Shown here piece by piece: positions 10,647 through 19,595 of a stretch of DNA of 36,327 nt; the stretch's first letter is position 1; every line of letters starts with the position of its first letter. A program made the translations under genes and the position numbers. Origin of the DNA: Kofleriaceae bacterium (GTDB lineage Bacteria; Myxococcota_A; Polyangia; Haliangiales; Haliangiaceae); NCBI GenBank assembly GCA_046597055.1, contig JBKJLC010000087.1, positions 1-36,327 on the forward strand, given 5' to 3'. Below the pieces are notes generated by a model. It was not told the origin of the DNA. It did not search any database and saw nothing but the letters and a program-made list of their open reading frames with translations.

Positions 10647-11108
10647 GTGTTAAGAAACCTGGTGTTCGACCGATGGCTCATCGCCGGTGCGGCGCCTGCG
10701 ATCGAGGCCGCCCTCGGCTCGATCGGGCCCGCCCAGCGCGGCCCGATCGCGGTCGCCGGCGATGCCCGGCTGGCGCGGGCGCTGACCCGACCCGGTCGGG
10801 CGGTCACCCTGACCGGCGCGGCCCCGCGCGACGTGCGCAAGGCCGGCCCCGACGTCACCCTCGCCGACGACCTCGGCGAGCGCACGTTCGCGGTCGTGGT
10901 CGGCTGCGGGTCGGGCGACCGGGCCGACTGGGAGGCCGTGATCGCCACCTGGGCGCGCGCGGTCGTCGACGGCGGCGGCCTGGTGCTGGTCGATCGCATC
11001 CCGGCGATCGAGCTGTCGCGGCGCGCGCTCTGCCTCGGCCTGTCGGCGCTCGAGCAGCGCGTGTCCGGCCGCTGGATCGTGACCAGCGGCCTGGTCAGCG
11101 ACCTGTAG
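10647..11108 (+). CDS. Hypothetical protein, degenerate class I SAM-methyltransferase-like fold
   Basis: GC3-rich ORF. WARAVVDGGGLVLVD resembles the post-II motif (xRVLKPGGxLxxxD); no clear GxGxG motif I. Confidence 0.6.
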   Translation: MLRNLVFDRWLIAGAAPAIEAALGSIGPAQRGPIAVAGDARLARALTRPGRAVTLTGAAPRDVRKAGPDVTLADDLGERTFAVVVGCGSGDRADWEAVIATWARAVVDGGGLVLVDRIPAIELSRRALCLGLSALEQRVSGRWIVTSGLVSDL

Positions 11109-11555
11109 CCGCGCGGGCCGGCGGGTCGCCGCCCAGGTGCCACAGCGCGCCGACCATGACCACGGCGCGCTGCAGCCGGCCGCCGTCGACCTGGGCGATC
11201 GACGCGCTTGCCGGTCCGCGGCGGCACCGGCCGGTCGCCCGGCCGCGGTCGCAGCACCGGTGGCACCACCGCGCTCGCGCCGGCGGTCGGGGTCGCGAGC
11301 ATGACCGAGCCCGTCTCGTCGCGACCTGGTCGCACGCTCTTGGTGAGCACCACCGACGCGAAGTCCGCTTTCTCGATCCGGACCTCGTGGATCCCCGCCG
11401 CCAGCCGCGGGACCACCAGCGGCGTGCGACCGCGCTCGACGCCGTCGATGAACACGGTCGCGCCGCCCGCCCATCGGGCGACGCAGTCCGACGGTCCCAG
11501 TCAGACTTGCCAGCGCCGCGCTCGCGGTCGCGGTCCACATCACTACGTGCTTCAC
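11095..11555 (-). pseudogene. Frameshifted PEGA-domain gene remnant
   Basis: AGGAG + GTG 11555 opens a signal-like N-terminus. PEGA (GATVFIDGVERGRTP...LAAGIHEVRIEKADF) lies in a second frame. A GC3-rich tail (ASIAQVDGGRLQRAVVMVGALWHLGG) lies in a third frame ending at 11095. Confidence 0.55.
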
Positions 11556-11804
11556 ATCGAGCTCCTGGTTGTCGGCTCGTCAACGAGCCGTCGCCAAGTC
11601 GCGTGTGCACCGGCCGTGACGCGCCAACCTGCCGATCCCTGGGGCGCGCGCCGGTCCGCGCGGTGCTTGCCAGGCAACATGCGGCGTGGCCGTTGCCTGA
11701 CCGGCAGCACGCGCGTGGACGGGCGCTGCGCTCGTCTCGCGGTTTCGGCAGTGGCGTTCGCCGCCACCGTGGGTTCGGTGACCGGCTGAGTCGCGATCCA
11801 GGCG

Positions 11805-14447
<2,643 letters not shown>

Positions 14448-14474
14448 CGTGACAGGGCTCGGGTAGAACGGCGC

Positions 14475-14504
14475 AGTCTAGCCACGGCGGCGCGCGTGCG
14501 GCAA
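14475..14504 (-). promoter_or_regulatory. Putative sigma70-type promoter of PBP1A
   Basis: Minus strand TTGCCG-N18-TAGACT, 27 nt upstream of ATG 14447. Confidence 0.5.
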
Positions 14505-14556
14505 GCCTGACCTGAGCGCTCGATGACCCGCCGGTTCGCGCTAGGATGAGCCGCTG

Positions 14557-15117
14557 GTGCGGAGAATCGTCATGAGTCTCGCGGTGATGGCGGTGGGGGT
14601 CGCCGGCATCGCCCTGTGGCGCGGTCGCGGCGAGGATCGCCGGCCCGGGCCGGTTGCCGCTTCGGTCCCGGCGGCGGACGCGGGTGGGTCAGGCCGGGCC
14701 GTGGCGCCGGGCCCGGGCCCGATCGCGCCACAGCCGCTACCGCGGCTGCCCCCGGACCCCGGTGGGCCCGAGCCGGCCCCGTCGGTGAGGGGCGGCGTGG
14801 CGTTTGCCCAGGAGGCGCGCGACGACGCGTGGGCGGTCGAGCACGAGCGCGAGCTGACGCTGCGCCTGCGCGGCATCGTGGCCGAGCTGGCCGGTCGCGC
14901 GAAGCGGGTCGACATCGATGCGATCGAGTGTCGTCGCACGCAGTGCCAGGTCACCGTGCACGCCCGCGACGCGGCCGCGCTGGGCGCCCTGTACGGCGCG
15001 CTCGAGAGCCCGGCCGGGCTGATCGGCTGGGCCGACAACCTGCTGCTGGCCCCGGTCGAGACGGCCGCCGATGGCCAGGTCACGACGCAGGTCACCGCCA
15101 CGTTCGAGCGCGACTAG
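14557..15117 (+). CDS. Hypothetical membrane-anchored/exported protein
   Basis: N-terminal hydrophobic segment, Pro-rich linker, C-terminal domain (EARDDAWAVEHE...IECRRTQCQV). Alternative start ATG 14572 after GGAG. Confidence 0.7.
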   Translation: MRRIVMSLAVMAVGVAGIALWRGRGEDRRPGPVAASVPAADAGGSGRAVAPGPGPIAPQPLPRLPPDPGGPEPAPSVRGGVAFAQEARDDAWAVEHERELTLRLRGIVAELAGRAKRVDIDAIECRRTQCQVTVHARDAAALGALYGALESPAGLIGWADNLLLAPVETAADGQVTTQVTATFERD

Positions 15118-15122
15118 CGGGC

Positions 15123-15776
15123 TCAGGCCGCGGCGAGGTCGGCGATCGCGCTCATCGTCTGCAGCTTCTCGATGCAGCGGCGCAGGTGGGTCCGGATCTT
15201 GTGGTTCTTCGAGTAGACGGTCTTGAGGCTGATCTTCATCTCGGCCGCGACCTCTTCGGCGTCGAGGCCCCGGGCGTAGAACAGGTCGAGGAACTGACGA
15301 TCCTTGGCGCTGAACTCGCCGAGCACCTCGTTGAGGTGCGACCAGCGCTCCTTGTCGAGCAGCATGTCGAGCGGGGTGCGGTCGTGCGGCTCGTGGGGGT
15401 CGTACGAGGGGTCGAGGCGCTCGCCGGCGGGGCGGCGGATCGCGCTGCGCAGGTAGTCGAAGGCGGCGTTGACGGCGATGATGCCGACCCACGAGCCGAG
15501 CTTGGTGCCGCGGGTCGGGTCGTACATCCGGAGCTTGTGCATGTCCTCGCGCAGGAGCGCGAGGAGCACCTCGGCGAACACCTCGTCGACGTCCGCGTTC
15601 GACGCGTATGGCGCGTACTTGCCGGTCACCTTGGTGATGCACCGGTAGATGAGCGACCGGTAGCGGCGCACCATCTCGTTCCAGGCTCGCTCCTCGCGTC
15701 GCAACACGCGGGCGAGGAGCTCGCGATCGGACCACTCGACGGCATAGGGGCTGGAGCGCAGCGCAAGGACGGGCAT
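15123..15776 (-). CDS. ECF-type RNA polymerase sigma-70 factor
   Basis: SDRELL..AWNEMVRRY; region 2 (DVDEVFAEVLL; LGSWVGIIAVNAAFDYLR); region 4 HTH (FYARGLDAEEVAAEMKISLKTVYSK). Confidence 0.92.
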   Translation of the reverse strand: MPVLALRSSPYAVEWSDRELLARVLRREERAWNEMVRRYRSLIYRCITKVTGKYAPYASNADVDEVFAEVLLALLREDMHKLRMYDPTRGTKLGSWVGIIAVNAAFDYLRSAIRRPAGERLDPSYDPHEPHDRTPLDMLLDKERWSHLNEVLGEFSAKDRQFLDLFYARGLDAEEVAAEMKISLKTVYSKNHKIRTHLRRCIEKLQTMSAIADLAAA

Positions 15777-15791
15777 CGTGGCGCCACCATG

Positions 15792-15807
15792 AGCAACCTC
15801 AGTGCCA
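15792..15807 (-). promoter_or_regulatory. Sigma54 (-24/-12) promoter upstream of the ECF sigma gene
   Basis: Minus strand TGGCACT-GAGG-TTGCT versus consensus TGGCACG-N4-TTGCW, with exact GG-N10-GC spacing. Confidence 0.75.
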
Positions 15808-15808
15808 C

Positions 15809-15821
15809 AATCAACTACATG
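15809..15821 (+). promoter_or_regulatory. IHF-binding-site-like sequence
   Basis: AATCAA-CTAC-ATG versus WATCAA-N4-TTR (one mismatch), in an AT-rich patch abutting the -24 box. Confidence 0.5.
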
Positions 15822-15904
15822 AAATTACTGAGGCAAATCCGGAGCCGGAGGTGGCCACCACCATTGTTTGGTCTATTCCACCATCGGTGGGGAAGGTCCC
15901 AGAG

Positions 15905-15951
15905 CCGGCAGGCGTACCAGGCTTTGCCAACGAGCCACCGGAAGGCGTACC
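15905..15951. repeat. 14-bp direct repeat, candidate enhancer (UAS)
   Basis: CCGGCAGGCGTACC (15905-15918) and CCGGAAGGCGTACC (15938-15951): 13/14 identical, 33-bp period. Confidence 0.5.
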
Positions 15952-16124
15952 GCGTGTGGGGGCAGGGCCACTACCACGACACGGCAAAGTGGCAAGGCTC
16001 CGACCAGGCGGTTCGTTCGGGAGTGGCGCCGGTTGGTGACTCGGGCCCTCGGATCTGTGGCGGGCCGGATACAGCTGACGCGCGCTGCCGCTTTCGCATC
16101 GGCGGGTTAGAGCGGAAGTGTCGG

Positions 16125-16140
16125 TGGTCCGACGCTTGCT
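16125..16140 (+). promoter_or_regulatory. Putative sigma54 promoter upstream of the POTRA-like gene
   Basis: TGGTCCG-ACGC-TTGCT, exact GG-N10-GC spacing, 15 nt before ATG 16156. Confidence 0.55.
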
Positions 16141-16155
16141 GTTCGTTGCGAGTGG

Positions 16156-16782
16156 ATGAGTTTCCTTACCGTCCTGCTGTCGGGTGCCGCGCTGGCGCTG
16201 GCGACCGTTGCGGTGGTTCACGGGCAGCCGGCGGGGGCGGTCGAGGCGATGCTCAGCGCCGCGCCGCGCAGCTCAGCCGCTGACGGTCAGGATGCCCGCG
16301 CGGAGCTGCACGCGGTGGCGAGCCTCCGGATCGAGGGCAGCAAGTTGCCCCGGTCCACCCTCGAGCACGTGCTGACGACGCGGGTCGGTGATGCCCTCCG
16401 GGAGGACGTGCTGGTCCATGACCGCACCGCGCTGGTCGCGGCGCTGGTGGCCCGCGGCCACCTGGCGGCGAGGGTCACGAGCCATCGCGCCTGGCAGCGG
16501 GACGGGGCCCATGTGGTGTTCGTGGTCGCGGCCGGTGGCACCTACCGGGTCGGCGCGGTCGCGGTCGACGGCGCGCTGGTCGCGCGGTTCCCGCAGCTGG
16601 CGACGGTGCCGACCATGCTCACCGGGCAGGCCTGGGGCGCCGAGCGGGCGAGCGCCAACCAGACGATGCTGCGCGGCTGGCTCGCGCAGCGCGGGGCCCG
16701 GTCCACGGTGACCATGGCGACCCGGGTCGACCACGTCCGCCTGACGGTCGACGTCACGTTCACCGCGCGCCGCGCCCGCTGA
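16156..16782 (+). CDS. Exported stand-alone POTRA-like protein
   Basis: Signal peptide. VASLRIEG..LPRSTLEHVLTTRVGD..L..DRTALVAALVARGHLAARV..VVFVVAAG.TYRVGAVAVDG follows the BamA/TamA POTRA pattern, with a second repeat and no beta-barrel. Confidence 0.65.
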   Translation: MSFLTVLLSGAALALATVAVVHGQPAGAVEAMLSAAPRSSAADGQDARAELHAVASLRIEGSKLPRSTLEHVLTTRVGDALREDVLVHDRTALVAALVARGHLAARVTSHRAWQRDGAHVVFVVAAGGTYRVGAVAVDGALVARFPQLATVPTMLTGQAWGAERASANQTMLRGWLAQRGARSTVTMATRVDHVRLTVDVTFTARRAR

Positions 16783-16819
16783 CCGCGCCGCGACTGGGTC
16801 ATCGGGAGCGGCCGCCGGG

Positions 16820-19180
16820 TCAGGCACGACGTTCGCCGCTGGGGGCCGCTTCACCGAGCGCCAGCTGCTCCCGGATGGCCGCGAGGGACGGCCGCGCCTC
16901 TGGATCGAGGCCGATGGCCGCATCGACCAGGGCCGCCAGCTCCCGCGGCACGTCGGGCCGCGCAGCCGCGAGCGGCGTCGGCGCGGGGATCGCCTGACCA
17001 CGCGCGCGCAGCACGAACGGCGACCCGGCGTAGGGACGCACGCCGGCGATCAGCTCGAACGCGATGATCCCCAGGGCAAACACATCGCGCGTGACGCCCT
17101 CCCCGCGGCCGTCCACCAGCTCGGGCGCCATGTACGCGGGCGTGCCGACGACGTTGCCGGCGACGGTGAGCTGCGGCGTATCCAGGCCGTCCCGCGCGAC
17201 CGCGCCGCCCGACCGCGCCGACGAGGGGGCGTCGCGCAGGGTGTCCCTCGGGGCGAGGTTCGCCAGGATCGACCGGGTCGGGTCTTCGTCCGCCCACCCG
17301 GGTGGTTGCGCCGGTGGTTCCGGCCCTGGCTGGCTGGTGCCCGTGACGTCGACCGAGGTGTGGGTGGCGAGCGTGGCCACGATCGGGGCATCACCGGTCT
17401 CGCCCAGCATGCCCGACACGCCGAAGTCGCTGATCCGGACGCGGACCTCGGCGCCGGCCGCGAGCAAGATGTTGGCGGGCTTGAGGTCCCGGTGGACGAC
17501 GCCGCGGGCGTGAATGGCCCCGAGCCCGTCGGTGATCTGGCGCAGCACCTCGAGGGCCCACGGCAGATCGCCGTAGCGCGCTGCGTGGTCCTTCAGCGAG
17601 CCACCGTCGACGAGATCCATGAGGATGTACATGAAGCCGGCCTGGGCGAAATCGATGTCGTGAATCGCGACGACGTTCTCGTGGCTGACCTCGGCGGCGA
17701 TGTGCGCTTCGCGCGCGAACCGCGCCAGCAGCCGGGCATCGGTCACGCTGCGCAGGGCCTTGAGCGCAAACCGCCGTCGATCGTCGATGCGTTCGACCTC
17801 GTAGACGATGGCCATCGCGCCGGTCCCGAGCTGACGGAGCACGCGATAGCGTGAGTTGATGTCGGTGCCCGGCGCCAGCTCGATGTCGGTGGCCACCGGA
17901 CGACTGAGGCGGGCGAGCGCGTGCGAGAGCTGGCGCGAGCGGGCGCCGACCTGGCGCCTCAGCTCCTCGGCCAGGCGTTCATTCTCGCTGTCGCGCTGCT
18001 CGAGCAGCGCGACGCGGTCGAGCAGCGCGCGATTGAGCGCGTCGGTGCGGGTCATCGTTCGGCCATGCCCGCGACTGAGCACGACCGCCTGCAGCACGAC
18101 GAACAAACCGATGCCGAGCGATGCGCCATGCAGCCCCTCGAGCCAGCCGCCGAACCCGAACCAGTACGCCTGGTCGATGCTGGCGCAGAGGCCCAGGCTG
18201 AGCCACGACACCAGCAGCGTCGCGGCGTCGCCGTGCCGCTGGCCGCGGACCAGCAGCATCGTCAACAGTGCGATCTGATAGATCGCGCCGGCGATGATGC
18301 TCACGACCACCACGATGACCGTCCAGCGGGTGATGAACGGACCGTTGAAGACCAGCCCGCACGCGTTCATGAAGGCGAGGACGAACCAGATCCAGTGGGG
18401 CCGCGACAGGCCGAGGTGCGAACGCGTATAGCCGACACTGACGACCGCCGCGGCCCCGGCGGTCCCGACGATCCGCAGATCGTGCATGCCGAGCAGGAGC
18501 TGGCTGGCGCCGAGCGCGAACAGGGGATAGAAGGCGGCCAGGAGGGCTTGCGCCGCAAAGTAGCCATAGGCCGTGCGCGAGCGGTCGTCCAGGTACACGA
18601 CCAGGTAGACGCCCCCGAGCAGCATCGCCATGCCGAGGGCGATGGCGGCGGTGGCGGTGTTGAACGCGGTGACGAAGCGATACCAGCGGTCGCCGTCGCG
18701 GTGCGCGCTGATGCGCGGGGTCGCGCCGAGCCAGGTGCTCTGGAACCAGGTGTCTTCGACGACGAGGCGCAGCCGGACCTCCCCGCCCTCGACGAGCGAG
18801 CCGGGGATTCGCCAGCGGAGATTCCCGGGGCTCCGGTAGCCGACCAGGAGCTCCGTCGTGGTGGACTCGACCCGTTGCCCGTTGACCTCCAGCGTCGCCA
18901 GCGCCGGGAGCCTGGGGATGGCCAGGGTGATCGCGCCTGCGCGGAGCTCGGTCGGGACCGCGACCGTCGTGCGCAGCTCGAAGCTTCGTCCGCGGGCGCC
19001 CACGAACCGCTCCACGCGGGTCGGCAGCGTGATGTCGTGCGAGCGGCCGTCGGCGGTGATCAGCGTCCAGTCGGGAACCGCCATCGCGCGGTCATCGTGG
19101 CAGCCGACGAGCGCCGCGAGCGCCGCGAGCACCGCGAGCGCCGCGAGCTTGCGCGTCGTCCCCCCGAGTCGCGCTCGCAT
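16820..19180 (-). CDS. Membrane receptor Ser/Thr (Hanks) kinase with extracytoplasmic beta domain and about 7 TM helices (7TM-DISM-like)
   Basis: Likely ATG 19180 with signal/lipobox-like LVGC and multiple TM segments. Coiled coil, then LGTGAMAIVY, ALK, RFAREA, HRDLKPANIL, DFG, GTPAYMAPE and DVFALG. Confidence 0.88.
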   Translation of the reverse strand: MRARLGGTTRKLAALAVLAALAALVGCHDDRAMAVPDWTLITADGRSHDITLPTRVERFVGARGRSFELRTTVAVPTELRAGAITLAIPRLPALATLEVNGQRVESTTTELLVGYRSPGNLRWRIPGSLVEGGEVRLRLVVEDTWFQSTWLGATPRISAHRDGDRWYRFVTAFNTATAAIALGMAMLLGGVYLVVYLDDRSRTAYGYFAAQALLAAFYPLFALGASQLLLGMHDLRIVGTAGAAAVVSVGYTRSHLGLSRPHWIWFVLAFMNACGLVFNGPFITRWTVIVVVVSIIAGAIYQIALLTMLLVRGQRHGDAATLLVSWLSLGLCASIDQAYWFGFGGWLEGLHGASLGIGLFVVLQAVVLSRGHGRTMTRTDALNRALLDRVALLEQRDSENERLAEELRRQVGARSRQLSHALARLSRPVATDIELAPGTDINSRYRVLRQLGTGAMAIVYEVERIDDRRRFALKALRSVTDARLLARFAREAHIAAEVSHENVVAIHDIDFAQAGFMYILMDLVDGGSLKDHAARYGDLPWALEVLRQITDGLGAIHARGVVHRDLKPANILLAAGAEVRVRISDFGVSGMLGETGDAPIVATLATHTSVDVTGTSQPGPEPPAQPPGWADEDPTRSILANLAPRDTLRDAPSSARSGGAVARDGLDTPQLTVAGNVVGTPAYMAPELVDGRGEGVTRDVFALGIIAFELIAGVRPYAGSPFVLRARGQAIPAPTPLAAARPDVPRELAALVDAAIGLDPEARPSLAAIREQLALGEAAPSGERRA

Positions 19181-19472
19181 CGATCTCACTATGCTCCCGG
19201 CGGTCGACGCTGTCATCGGTGCCGCCACGGCTACCCTGGGCCCCACCGTTCCTGCCCCTGCGGCCCAGGCGTTCGCGACTTTCCGACCGGGAACGCCGGC
19301 TTGCATGCCGCGGCCGGTCGTGGCCCGCACGCTCAGAGCGGCGACACCCGTCGAGGCTCGGGCTCGCCATGGCGTCGGCCCCCGTCCTCGTCATGGCGTC
19401 GCGTCCCGATCCCGGCTGAGCCAGATCCGGGCCGGAGCCGATGTCGCAACGCGCTGGCGACGGCGCACCCGA

Positions 19473-19591
19473 GCAGCGAGCGAGGAGCCTCGGATGCGAG
19501 GCGGCGGTGGGGCCCCGACGAGGAGCCACCGTCTGGTCGTGACGAAGTCGGGGGGACCGACCACGACGCAGACGAGGCCCGCAGCCGCTGC
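19473..19591. repeat. Long imperfect palindrome (REP-like element / 3'-UTR hairpin)
   Basis: Nested complementary arms GCAGCG/CGCTGC, GCCTCG/CGAGGC, TGCG/CGCA and CCCCGAC/GTCGGGG. Begins 4 nt after the TAG at 19596 on the minus strand. Confidence 0.5.
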
Positions 19592-19595
19592 GACC

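Noticed and set aside
15900..16010. GGCAAAG/CTTTGCC segments suggestive of a c-di-GMP-I riboswitch
   Set aside because: The GAAA tetraloop/receptor and P1-P2 arrangement could not be built; direct repeats explain the region better.
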